From an uncultured cyanobacterium (GTDB lineage: Bacteria; Cyanobacteriota; Cyanobacteriia; Phormidesmidales; Phormidesmidaceae), in contig CAWBZI010000006.1 in NCBI GenBank assembly GCA_963793265.1, positions 384,001-448,000 of the forward strand: a stretch of DNA of 64,000 nt, read 5' to 3'. Below are positions 48,993-58,651 of the stretch, piece after piece; the first letter of the stretch is position 1, and the number at the start of each line of letters is the position of its first letter. Under the pieces are notes generated by a model. That model was not told the DNA's origin and made no database searches. It was given only the letters and a program-made list of their open reading frames with translations. A program made the position numbers and the translations under genes.

Positions 48993-49092
48993 ATTTACGG
49001 CCATACTGGTCAGGTTTAGTGAGGCAGCAGTACCACAACAGTCATTAAGAATTGTTGCAAGCAGCTTTAGAAGCTGACCTTCAAAACAAGCG

Positions 49093-49803
49093 CTAGGAAG
49101 TAGTGGCCTGCTGCTGTGCGGTTTCAGCAACGATAGCAGAATCGTCTTGAGCGAGTTTGGCGAGTACTTCTTCGACCTGTGGCTGCGTGGCAAAGTGCCC
49201 GAGGGCCTGAGCCACTCGATGCCGAACTTGCCAATCATCGTTTTTGGCGTAGGGAAGGAGGAGGGCGATCGCCCTGTCGTCTTCAAGCTCACCGAGCGCT
49301 CCAATCGCCGACACTGACACTAAAGAGTTGTCATCGTTTAGCGCTTTATTCAACAGATCAAACGCCCGCGCGTCACCCATTTCTCCCAAGCAGGCCACCA
49401 CGCTCATTTTCACCAGCCATTCTGCCGTGGTGTCGTAAAGCTCTGTGAGATCGTCTAATGCATCTGTAAGCTTAAGGGCACCTAAGGCATCGGCGGCGGC
49501 GGCTTGAACATCGGGCTCGGGATCGCCAAGAGACGCGCTAAGTACCTTGTAGGCCGTCGGTTTGTCTTGCTCGCCGAGGGTGGCAATTTGGCTAACGGCA
49601 GCGTAGCGAACGCGGGTGTTTGGGTCGTCGCACAGCGGTGTGATCAGCTTGAAGGCCGTCGCCGGATCGATGTTGCGAAGCTGGTTGATGGCTTTGATGC
49701 GATCGCCAAACCCCTCGGCCTTCAGCATTTCACTGATCTGCTCAGGGCTCATTTGTTCGGGCGCTTGGTCGGGCGTTTGGTCGGAAGAAGGATTAGAAGA
49801 CAT
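49093..49803 (-). CDS. nblB: HEAT-repeat phycobilisome degradation protein NblB
   Basis: FGDRIKAINQLR, RVRYAAVSQ, DVQAAAADALGAL, EWLVKMSVVACLGEMGD, DWQVRHRVAQALG. Confidence 0.88.
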   Translation of the reverse strand: MSSNPSSDQTPDQAPEQMSPEQISEMLKAEGFGDRIKAINQLRNIDPATAFKLITPLCDDPNTRVRYAAVSQIATLGEQDKPTAYKVLSASLGDPEPDVQAAAADALGALKLTDALDDLTELYDTTAEWLVKMSVVACLGEMGDARAFDLLNKALNDDNSLVSVSAIGALGELEDDRAIALLLPYAKNDDWQVRHRVAQALGHFATQPQVEEVLAKLAQDDSAIVAETAQQQATTS

Positions 49804-49981
49804 GGTTATCAGGACTAGGCTAAGTAGTCCAAACTTCAATATTGCTGTCTTACCACTCTATTGCATCTGTCAGGTTAGCTAAAACATCACCGCTGGCAAG
49901 ATCCTGCATATTGCAACCGCTAACACAACCCGCAAAATGCGAATGCATCCGCACTTTGCTGCACTCACTTCCACAAAACCT

Positions 49982-50887
49982 ATGCGCGTATTAATATCAG
50001 CTATTTTTCCTATCGCGCTCGTTGCCCTCGCAGGCGTATGGGTAGGCCGCACCTTTGAGCTAGATCTCAAAACCCTAGCCCGGCTAAACATTTACGTTTT
50101 ACTTCCCGCCTTAGTACTCACGGGCGTATACGGCAGCACCCTTGCCCTTAGCAGCACCCTCGGCATCGTCGTCGGCTTTTTGCTCAACTGCGCTGTTCTC
50201 TACGGTCTTGCCAACGCACTCGGCAAAGCGTTTAAGCTTCCTACCGATAGCCGCAAAAGCCTGGTCGCCACTACGCTACTCGCAAACTCAGGCAATATTG
50301 GCCTGCCCTTCATGCTATTTGCACTGGGCCAAGGCGGTCTAGATCGCGGCATCGTCTACCTGATTGCTTCAGCTATTTTTATTGCCAGCGTCGGGCCAGT
50401 CGTGTTGAAGGGTGAAGGTATGAGCGCGGGCATAAAAGTCACGCTGAGCCTGCCAGTGTTTTGGGCCACGCTTCTCGGCATTGCGCTACAGGGCATTGCC
50501 TGGCAAGGACTAGACTGGCAGGTGCCTGCTGAAATTGACCGCGCCTTAGAACTCCTCAGCGGCGCGGCCATTCCCATTGCCCTACTCACTTTAGGCATTC
50601 AGCTTTCGCAAACGCGCCTGAACTTTGGCCTGTACGAACTATTTGCCGCTGCGCTACGGCTGTTTGTGTCACCGCTAACGGCCTACATCATCGGGCGACT
50701 CTTAGGGCTGCAAGGACTTGATTTATCAGTACTTGTCATGCAGTCAGCAATGCCGGTCGCCGTCAACACCCTCATCTGGGTAACTGAGCTAGGCGGCGAC
50801 ACCGTACGAGTAGCCAAAACGATTGTGCTCTCTACGCTCATGAGCTTATTTAGCCTGCCATTGGTGCTATGGCTCATTACCCGCTAG
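49982..50887 (+). CDS. AEC (auxin efflux carrier) family transporter
   Basis: NSGNIGLP, AAIPIALLTLG, QSAMPVAVN; about 10 TM helices. Confidence 0.9.
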   Translation: MRVLISAIFPIALVALAGVWVGRTFELDLKTLARLNIYVLLPALVLTGVYGSTLALSSTLGIVVGFLLNCAVLYGLANALGKAFKLPTDSRKSLVATTLLANSGNIGLPFMLFALGQGGLDRGIVYLIASAIFIASVGPVVLKGEGMSAGIKVTLSLPVFWATLLGIALQGIAWQGLDWQVPAEIDRALELLSGAAIPIALLTLGIQLSQTRLNFGLYELFAAALRLFVSPLTAYIIGRLLGLQGLDLSVLVMQSAMPVAVNTLIWVTELGGDTVRVAKTIVLSTLMSLFSLPLVLWLITR

Positions 50888-50926
50888 CCGTCTTAGCTAG
50901 TGTATTTTGGCCCTTGGCTAGCCTCT

Positions 50927-51616
50927 TTAGTTGGCCCCAACTGAACCAGGCGTAGCCACAGGCTGACAAGGCGCAGCGACTACCTGCTCGCCTGTTTGAT
51001 ACACATACAAGCCCACATTGCCGTCGTAGTTAGCAACTGCATATTCATAAAACTCACCATCGCTCTCCTGCTGAAAGCTATAGCGCAATCCATCCAGCGG
51101 GTCTTTAATCACCAGCGGCTGGTTTAAATTAGGATCGATATCGTCATAAACTACATCGCTAGAGAGCACGAGTCCATCGGCAACGTATTCTAGTTTGCCT
51201 TCGCTGGGTCGGCGCAAGGTCACTTCAAACAGGTCTTCGCCGCACTGATACTGAGCGCTCCAGCCCACGTTAGGAATCAGGCTGTAAAAGTTTTCTTTGG
51301 TGAGCGTAAAGTCTTGCTGAAAGGGAGGCTCAGGAATTTCTTCTCGCCCGGTCACACACTCATCAGGAACACCATCCCCATCAAAGTCAATGCGTGAATC
51401 GTTGTCAAAGCCGTCACCGTCGCAGTCAATAGCGGGGCCAACAAAATCACCCTGCACCGCTTCTGTTTTGGATCGGTTGAAAGAAGCAACGTCAGGAACT
51501 TTAGGTGAAACCGTTGCCCGAACGCTCTGACCAGGAAGTACTGGCTTACAGGCAGCTAGCAACAGGGCCAAACCAGTGAAGCGAGCGCAAAAGCTTAGTT
51601 TATGGGCTAAATGCAT
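50927..51616 (-). CDS. Hypothetical lipoprotein with DxDGDG motifs
   Basis: Lipobox LLAAC; DCDGDG and DFDGDG motifs. Confidence 0.72.
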   Translation of the reverse strand: MHLAHKLSFCARFTGLALLLAACKPVLPGQSVRATVSPKVPDVASFNRSKTEAVQGDFVGPAIDCDGDGFDNDSRIDFDGDGVPDECVTGREEIPEPPFQQDFTLTKENFYSLIPNVGWSAQYQCGEDLFEVTLRRPSEGKLEYVADGLVLSSDVVYDDIDPNLNQPLVIKDPLDGLRYSFQQESDGEFYEYAVANYDGNVGLYVYQTGEQVVAAPCQPVATPGSVGAN

Positions 51617-51780
51617 GGGGTTAAAGGGGGAGGAGGCTAGGTGAAAATTCTAGCATCGACTTTTTCTGATGCCTTTGGAGGTGGCCACCTCTACTAACTG
51701 TACACGCGAGCCGTTTTGTTGTGGTTGAACAAAAGCAACAACTTATCAAAAGCGTTGAGAAGTTGGACGACATACTCCTT

Positions 51781-52182
51781 TTACCATCCCAAAAAGCCAG
51801 ATATTTGACTGGCTAGCGTCGTTGGATCAAAGGGCTTATGAATGACGCCTTGAGCACCTAGCTCGTATAGCCTCTTACGGTCGGCTGCTTTAGATTTTGC
51901 GGTCAGAAAAACAATTGGAATAGACTGAGTGGTCGTATCGGCCTTAAGCGCAGCTAGCGTCGCCACACCGTCCATATCCGGCATCATCACATCTAGCAAA
52001 ATAGCGTCTGGCTGATAGGCTTGGGCCTGCCTTAGTCCCTCTTGACCAAGGTCAGCAGTGAGTACCTGCCAGCCATTCAAAACGGTAAGGCCAATGCGGG
52101 CGACCGTTTGGATATCGGCTTCGTCATCAATAATTAAAATCTGTTTTGCTTGCGTTTGTTCTAGAACTGGGGTGAAAGTCAT
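51781..52182 (-). CDS. Single-domain response regulator (RcaF-like)
   Basis: ILIIDDE, ILLDVMMPDMDG, FLTAK, KPFDP. Confidence 0.93.
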   Translation of the reverse strand: MTFTPVLEQTQAKQILIIDDEADIQTVARIGLTVLNGWQVLTADLGQEGLRQAQAYQPDAILLDVMMPDMDGVATLAALKADTTTQSIPIVFLTAKSKAADRKRLYELGAQGVIHKPFDPTTLASQISGFLGW

Positions 52183-52230
52183 TTTGTCACCTTCCTTTTG
52201 AAGAAACCTACTACAAATTATTCAAGAGAT

Positions 52231-53922
52231 CTAACGATAGGACATCGCTTTCTCAGCGTTAGCGCAAGTTTGTGACGGTGGCTCTATCGGTGGCTTCGGC
52301 AAAGTGAAGTAGAAGGTACTGCCCTGTCCGTGGAGGCTTTTGACCCATATTCGTCCCTGGTGCTGCTGAACGATCTCGCGACAGATAGCAAGGCCCAGCC
52401 CAGTGCCGCCACGCTCACGCGCATCAGAGCTATCAACCTGTTGAAATCGCTCAAAGATAGTTTCTAACTTGTTGCTAGGGATGCCGCGACCATAGTCTTT
52501 TACTAAGAACTCTACTTGGTTGTTGTACCGTGATGTCTGTTTTCTAGTGACCTGTTCTCTGGCTCTAACAAACACGCTTGCGCCCCGCGGAGAGAACTTG
52601 ATAGCATTACTCAACAAATTAGTCAGCGCCTGCATAATGTGATCGGCATCAGCCCAAACTTCTATTGGCCCAGACGTCAGGGAATGAGCGCTAGCTACTA
52701 ACGTTACGCCATGCTCAGTAGCCATCGGCTGCATGGCCTTAGTTGCGCTTTCTACTAGCTCTGAAGCTAGACAAATCGTAGGTGCCATACTGACCTGACC
52801 TGAACCCATGCGCTCAAGATCGAGCATGTCGTTGGTTAGTCGGGTCAGGCGTTCGGTGTTATTTAGTGCGATGTTGAGCAGTTCTTCGCCCTGGCTGCTG
52901 AGCTGGCCGAGTCGGCCTGTGGCCAGTAGCCGCAGCGACCCGTGAATAGAGGTGAGCGGGGTGCGCAATTCGTGGCTAACAACAGAAACAAATTCATCTT
53001 TGAGGCGTTCGGTAGCTTTGCGATCGCTAATATCGCTTATCAAGCTAAACACCCCTTTCACCCGATCGTCTTGCACATCAGGAATATAGCTAATACTCAC
53101 CCACAGCCGCTGGCCGTTACTCTGCACCATCTCAGCTTCGTAAGTGACCTTTTTACCGCCTAGTGCCTCTTCTAAATAAGGCAGCATTTGTCGGTAAACC
53201 GCCAGCGAAACCACATCTCCCACCTGGCGGCCCTGCAACTGCTGATAGGGAATGCCGTACCACGTTTCGTAGGCATAGTTATTAAAGCGATAGCGATGCT
53301 GAAGATCGATGTAGGCAACTAAGGCCGGGAGCGCATTAGTGACCAGTCGAAGCTGCTTAACGTCACGGGCAAGTTCGGTCAGCACCTGGCTATAAGGGTG
53401 CGCATCTTCTGAGGGCTGTTCTGATGAGATATTAGGAGAGTTAGAGGTTTCGGTAGCAGTTTCGATAGCAGTTTCGATGGCAGTCTCAATGCCAGAGGCG
53501 ATTGCAAACTCCACATCACCATCTGTTCCCGTCAATACCGTATTCGACCAGACAATCGTGTGCCTTTCTCCCCCTTTCCCTATCCAGGTACTACGAGAGT
53601 AGGTATTGGCCTGCCCGCTCGCTAGCCGTTCAAAAAAGCTTTGCGCTGCTAACCGATCTTCAGGAACCAGCAAAAAGTCCCAGAGCGCATGACCTTTAAT
53701 CTCAGCCTCGCTGTAGCCGGTCACCGTTTCGCAGCAGCGGTTAAAGCGCTGAATCTCGCCCTGTGGGTTGAACACCACAATTAGCGTACCAGTCGCATCG
53801 AAAATAGTATCCGTATCAATAATTTCTGCCGCTGCCTGCCGCCGCTTATTCGCAACTCGGCTCAGCAGCTCGGCCTCTGTTTTACCTTTAGTTTGGTTCT
53901 CAATCGGCGGTAAAAAACTCAT
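52231..53922 (-). CDS. Soluble PAS-PAS sensor histidine kinase
   Basis: Two PAS/PAC domains, H-box VSHELRTPL, NLLSNAIKFS, FQQVDSSD..GGTGLGL. No TM and no GAF domain seen. Confidence 0.93.
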   Translation of the reverse strand: MSFLPPIENQTKGKTEAELLSRVANKRRQAAAEIIDTDTIFDATGTLIVVFNPQGEIQRFNRCCETVTGYSEAEIKGHALWDFLLVPEDRLAAQSFFERLASGQANTYSRSTWIGKGGERHTIVWSNTVLTGTDGDVEFAIASGIETAIETAIETATETSNSPNISSEQPSEDAHPYSQVLTELARDVKQLRLVTNALPALVAYIDLQHRYRFNNYAYETWYGIPYQQLQGRQVGDVVSLAVYRQMLPYLEEALGGKKVTYEAEMVQSNGQRLWVSISYIPDVQDDRVKGVFSLISDISDRKATERLKDEFVSVVSHELRTPLTSIHGSLRLLATGRLGQLSSQGEELLNIALNNTERLTRLTNDMLDLERMGSGQVSMAPTICLASELVESATKAMQPMATEHGVTLVASAHSLTSGPIEVWADADHIMQALTNLLSNAIKFSPRGASVFVRAREQVTRKQTSRYNNQVEFLVKDYGRGIPSNKLETIFERFQQVDSSDARERGGTGLGLAICREIVQQHQGRIWVKSLHGQGSTFYFTLPKPPIEPPSQTCANAEKAMSYR

Positions 53923-54203
53923 ACTCTCAACAGTAACGCAGCACTGCTAGCCTGGGCATTAAGAGATTTTCAAACAAAAAGAAATAGTTCGTTACAAATA
54001 GAACAAACCCTCATATTCCTCCTGCGCTATCTTATCTTTGCAGGTCAAGGTCGGGCCACAGGTGGGCCTAATGCTATACCAGCGCGGCAAAAGATGGTTC
54101 TATCGGAATAGGTTCCTAGTACATAATCAGAGAAAATACCGGTTTCTTCATAATTTACTCAGATTTGGTTGTTACTGTGAAGGTTGTAACGACGGACAAA
54201 ACT

Positions 54204-54593
54204 ATGAAATATCTCTATTACTTTGCTAATACGAGTTTAGTTGTGCGTCTTCTGACTTATTTATCTAAGCAGGTGGACGTTCAGCTAGCGTCAGTCACTG
54301 TCATCTATTTAGTTGATAGATGGGTTGTGCGAGTTCAGCTTGAGTCGGCTTTGCCAGCTAATCGAAAGCGAGACTTTCAATCGTTTCTAAACGAAAACGG
54401 CTACGCATATGAGCCCTCTTCAGCAGTCACTAGAGCCCTATGCGGCCTAGAAGCAGGCATGGACATTACAGAGGTGATGAATCGGTATCATGTAGTCGTC
54501 GTGTCTCATGGGGCGCTTCAACCGGCTGGTGTTGAAGATTTTCGGGCTACTTTTGTAAGCGGCTTAGGCTACTGCCCGCCCAGTCTTGTTTAA
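54204..54593 (+). CDS. Conserved cyanobacterial hypothetical protein
   Basis: Start ATG 54204 (MKYLYYFANTSLVVRLL), ends VVVVSHG...GLGYCPPSLV. 3' end overlaps the convergent regulator by 47 nt. Confidence 0.8.
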   Translation: MKYLYYFANTSLVVRLLTYLSKQVDVQLASVTVIYLVDRWVVRVQLESALPANRKRDFQSFLNENGYAYEPSSAVTRALCGLEAGMDITEVMNRYHVVVVSHGALQPAGVEDFRATFVSGLGYCPPSLV

Positions 54594-56442
54594 TTTGATT
54601 GCGCAGGCGAGTCGCGAGTTCAAAGGAAGCCACTGCTTTATGAATCACGTCATCTGCACCCGTTTCAAAAGCTTGGATTCGCGAGCTATCGTCTTGATGA
54701 GCCGTTAGAAATATTATGGGCAGCGCTTGAAAGCGAATGTCGGCCCGCAGCACTTTGCATAGCTCAATCCCACTGATCTCAGGCATAGTGATGTCTAAGA
54801 CCAACAGATCAGGAGGGGCTTCCGTTTGACCTGGCGCTGTCAGCCACGCCCACAGCGCCGAGGCCGTTTCAAAGAGATGCATAGTGAAGCCCCAAGGTTC
54901 AAGGTTTTTTTGAAGCTGAGAAAGTATCTGTGGATCGTCGTCGGTGATCGCAACGCTAATCTGACGGGTTTCGGTCTTAAGTAGTGCGATCGCCTCATCC
55001 AAAACTTGACCGGGTAAAGCTGCGCGAGTAAGCACTTTCTCTATACCCTGCTGAATCCATCTCAGTCGCCTGCTAAGCGTCAGATCATCAGATAACGCCA
55101 TAATCGGTAGCGACTCGTTTCGCTTCATACGATCCACCAGAGAATCAGCGTTGGGATTGCCATCAAGATCGAGTAGTAGCAAAGTAGAGGCAGGCGATCG
55201 CCCACCCTCTTCGTCTTGCAAACTGCTGAACACAGAACTTTCAGCTTGCTGATAAGAAACGACATGAGCTTGACAGCATTTAGATCCTGCTGCCTCAACC
55301 AATAGCTGAGTGAATTTAGCATCGTCGCTGACTATCACCAAAAGCGGCATCGCTGATGAGCAAACTAATGACGGTGCGTCAGCAGAGATAACGTCAGCAG
55401 AGTTCTGAGCTGCCGCAGCGGCTAACGTTTTACGCAATTGTTGTACCCGTTGCAAAAGCCTTTGAGGAGAGAGTAGCGCGATCGCCCCGTCCTCACCGTC
55501 TTTGTCGAACACAGATCTAGCCCGCAGTTGAACCTCTATCTCGCTGGCAATTTCAGAGCCCGCCACCAGGCCAAAGCTCCCCATCGATCCAGCTAACTTA
55601 TGAGCATTCATCTGTCCCAACTGCTGCTGCTCCAATCGCAGATCGCCCTCACTCAGAGCCCTTACGACCTGCTCCAATCCTGCCGCCTGTTGGTCAGCCG
55701 TCGATAAATAGACCTTAAAAGCCTGTGCCAGCTCAGCTTGCCCTAGCCCTTCTTCACCGACGCGATCGCCCGACTCATTCAGCCGGTATCCCTGCCCATA
55801 CACCGTTTGAATCAAATCTTTCGGCGCACCTGCTGCCTTTAGCTTCCGCCGCAGACCCTTAACATGCGTTCGTACCGTGTCCTCTCCTGGCGGGTCTTCA
55901 AAAGACCACAAATCCTCAATGATTTTGCCCAAGCTATAAATCTGATGAGGATGCCGCAAAAACAGCTCCATGATTGAAAATTCTTTTGGCGTAAGATGAA
56001 TCGCGTGCTGAGCGTAGCTGGTTTCACAAGTACTCGGATCTAACGTCAGCGGCCCCCACTTTAAAACAGCGGGCAAGCCCTGGTGTTCACGGCGCAGCAG
56101 CGCTCGAATACGCGCACAAAGCTCGTCAAAATCAAACGGCTTCATCACATAGTCATCAGCTCCCGCGTCCAGCGCTTTTACCTTCTCAATTGTGCTCTCC
56201 TTCGCAGTCAAAATCATCACAGGATTAGCATATCCATCACGACGAAATTGACGGCAAAATTCAATGCCGTTGCCGTCGGGTAAAGCCAAATCCAGCACGA
56301 TCAAATCGTAATTAAACAGATCAACGCAGGTTTTCGCACTGTCGCCATCAATCGCAATATCTACCGCATAGCGCTGATGGATCAATCGATCGGCCAACGA
56401 ATCCATCAGGGCTTCGTCATCGTCCACTAAAAGTATCCGCAT
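54547..56442 (-). CDS. Multidomain response regulator REC-wHTH-HPt-REC-REC (RcaC-like)
   Basis: REC (LVDDD..LDLALPDG..KPF), OmpR winged helix (LTPKEF..VRTHVKGLRRKL..TVYGQGY), HPt (AHKLAGSMGSFG), a degenerate REC and a final REC (LDITMPEISG). Confidence 0.9.
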   Translation of the reverse strand: MRILLVDDDEALMDSLADRLIHQRYAVDIAIDGDSAKTCVDLFNYDLIVLDLALPDGNGIEFCRQFRRDGYANPVMILTAKESTIEKVKALDAGADDYVMKPFDFDELCARIRALLRREHQGLPAVLKWGPLTLDPSTCETSYAQHAIHLTPKEFSIMELFLRHPHQIYSLGKIIEDLWSFEDPPGEDTVRTHVKGLRRKLKAAGAPKDLIQTVYGQGYRLNESGDRVGEEGLGQAELAQAFKVYLSTADQQAAGLEQVVRALSEGDLRLEQQQLGQMNAHKLAGSMGSFGLVAGSEIASEIEVQLRARSVFDKDGEDGAIALLSPQRLLQRVQQLRKTLAAAAAQNSADVISADAPSLVCSSAMPLLVIVSDDAKFTQLLVEAAGSKCCQAHVVSYQQAESSVFSSLQDEEGGRSPASTLLLLDLDGNPNADSLVDRMKRNESLPIMALSDDLTLSRRLRWIQQGIEKVLTRAALPGQVLDEAIALLKTETRQISVAITDDDPQILSQLQKNLEPWGFTMHLFETASALWAWLTAPGQTEAPPDLLVLDITMPEISGIELCKVLRADIRFQALPIIFLTAHQDDSSRIQAFETGADDVIHKAVASFELATRLRNQIKQDWAGSSLSRLQK

Positions 56443-56478
56443 TGCGATCGCCTCCCTGTTCTCCCTCAGCTGCTAACG

Positions 56479-57304
56479 CTAAATGGGCTGGCAGTGCGGA
56501 CAGTAGTAAATCCGCCGACTGCTGACCATTTCTTTAACAATAGGCACACCGCACACATAGCACGGCTTATCAACTCGCCCAAAAACCCAGTAGCGGTAGT
56601 CTCGGTAGCGACTTCCCTGCTGCTTTTAGTTTATTCGCCAAATCCAAATCATTCGTCACGCCCTTGTATTTGTACGACTGATAGGTCACCTCAATCGAAG
56701 TTTTGGCCAGGGTAAGAAGCTGATCGTCAGTGCAATCTATCGGTCGCAGCGTCGGGTGGAGCCGAGCAACGAAAAGAATTTCGCTGCGAAGATAGTTACC
56801 GATCCCCGCTAGAAAGTGCTGATCTAAATAGAGCGTAGAGAGACGGCGACGATGGTGTTTTTTACTTTTGAGAAGGTCTTGCAGCTTCTTGGGCTTAAGA
56901 CTGGCGCTAAGCACATCAGGCCCAAGCTTACTCAAAAAAGGATGGCTTTCAATCTCTGACGGGCTGCTGAGTATTTGAATATCTGAGGCGCTGTAGAGGA
57001 GCGCTGACTTTTTAGCATTGTGAATAGCAAACCGGAGCTGACGGTTAGTATCAGGAAAATCCTGCGCCTTACGCACCATCCATTTGCCGTAAAGCTGATT
57101 GTGGCTGTATACGCTCAGGCCGTTATCAAAATGGGTGAGCATCGCTTTGCCCCGCGTTTCGACCTGCGTTACTTTGCAGCCGGTCAGGTCGGCCTCGAAA
57201 TGTTTGAGGTGATCGAAGGCGAAAAAGACTGCGGTGGTGGGGCGATCGCGCACCGCCTTTTCAATTTTGTCAGCAGCGATCCGAATTTCAGGGCCTTCAG
57301 GCAT
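56479..57304 (-). pseudogene. nei: Endonuclease VIII (Fpg/Nei family), frameshifted before the Zn finger (probably a sequencing error)
   Basis: MPEGPE, RGK, HNQLYG, GIGNYLRSEIL. The Zn-finger tail YRYWVFGRVDKPCYVCG...YYCPHCQPI* is in another frame; removing one base near 56608-56615 gives 274 aa. Confidence 0.92.
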
Positions 57305-57405
57305 AGATTCAAAAGATTACAAAAAAACGCTATCAAAAAGCCATTGCGTTATTGTGATCGTAAGTCAATTTTGGCTCTGTAGCCTCCCGAAGTCGCTTTA
57401 AGTTT

Positions 57406-58635
57406 ATGACAGCAGCCTCTCCCTCGGCCCCAAAAGCAGATAGATCCACCAGACCTCACGCCAAAGCTCGACCCCTCAAGCCCGGTGCAGCCAAGCCCGC
57501 CAAAGAACGGTGCAGTGAATGCGGCCTCTGCGACACCTCATACATTCACTACGTCAAAGACGCCTGCGCCTTTCTCAATCAGCAAATCACCCCGTTAGAA
57601 GCTGCCAACCATGGCCGTAGCCGCGATCTTGAGAACGAGGACGAGCTGTACTTTGGCGTACAGCAAAAGATGGTCGCCGCTCGCAAGCTAGCCCCTATTG
57701 AAGGCGCGCAGTGGACAGGCATTGTCAGCACCCTGGCGATTGAAATGCTCAATAAAGGTCTTGTAGAAGGCGTGGTGTGCGTCCAAAACACCGAAGACGA
57801 TCGGTTTCAACCCATGCCAGTAATCGCCCGCACGCCCGAAGATATTCTGGCCGCGCGTGTCAACAAGCCTACGCTCTCACCCAACCTCTCAGTGCTCGAT
57901 CAAATTGAGCAGTCGGGCATGAAGCGGGTATTAGTCATTGGCGTCGGCTGTCAAATCCAGGCCCTCCGCGCCGTACAAGATCAGCTCGGCCTCGAAAAGC
58001 TGTACGTGCTCGGAATGCCCTGCGTCGATAACGTCTCACGCGCTGGGCTACAAAAGTTTTTGGACACTACCAGCCGTTCTCCCGAGACGGTCGTGGCCTA
58101 CGAATTTATGCAAGACTTCCAGGTGCACTTTAAGCACGAAGACGGTTCAGAGGAGAAAGTGCCGTTCTTTGGGCTTAAAACCAACAAGCTCAAAGATGTG
58201 TTTGCCCCGTCGTGTATGAGCTGCTTTGACTACACCAATTCTCTTGCAGATATTGTGGTGGGCTATATGGGTGCGCCGTTTGGCTGGCAGTGGATTGTTG
58301 TTCGTAACGACACGGGCGCAGAGATGTTTGATTTGTTAGAAGGGATTATTGAGACGCAGCCAGTGATGAGTTCGGGCGATCGCACCCAAGCCGTACAAAA
58401 CAGCATCCCTGCCTATGATAAAGGGGTCACTCTACCCATGTGGGCTGCAAAGCTCATGGGTGTCGTCATTGAGAAAATCGGCCCTAAAGGTCTTGAATAC
58501 GCTCGCTTCTCTATTGACTCTCACTTCACCCGAAACTATCTATATACAAAGCGCAACCATCCTGAAAAGCTAGCAGCGCATGTGCCGGAGTTTGCTAAGC
58601 GAATTGTGGGGCAGTACAAACTACCAGATAAGTAG
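57406..58635 (+). CDS. bciB: FrhB-family ferredoxin-dependent divinyl chlorophyllide reductase (BciB/CvrA type)
   Basis: CSECGLCD, GAQWTGIVS, GVGCQIQALR, PCVDN, SCMSCFDY, GPKGLEYARFSIDSHFTRN. Confidence 0.88.
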   Translation: MTAASPSAPKADRSTRPHAKARPLKPGAAKPAKERCSECGLCDTSYIHYVKDACAFLNQQITPLEAANHGRSRDLENEDELYFGVQQKMVAARKLAPIEGAQWTGIVSTLAIEMLNKGLVEGVVCVQNTEDDRFQPMPVIARTPEDILAARVNKPTLSPNLSVLDQIEQSGMKRVLVIGVGCQIQALRAVQDQLGLEKLYVLGMPCVDNVSRAGLQKFLDTTSRSPETVVAYEFMQDFQVHFKHEDGSEEKVPFFGLKTNKLKDVFAPSCMSCFDYTNSLADIVVGYMGAPFGWQWIVVRNDTGAEMFDLLEGIIETQPVMSSGDRTQAVQNSIPAYDKGVTLPMWAAKLMGVVIEKIGPKGLEYARFSIDSHFTRNYLYTKRNHPEKLAAHVPEFAKRIVGQYKLPDK

Positions 58636-58651
58636 AGCCTGTAAAAACCTG

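Noticed and set aside
48795..49304. ORFs 48795..49019 (+) and 48909..49304 (-)
   Set aside because: One crosses the inverted repeat and the other overlaps nblB out of frame; neither has protein-like motifs.
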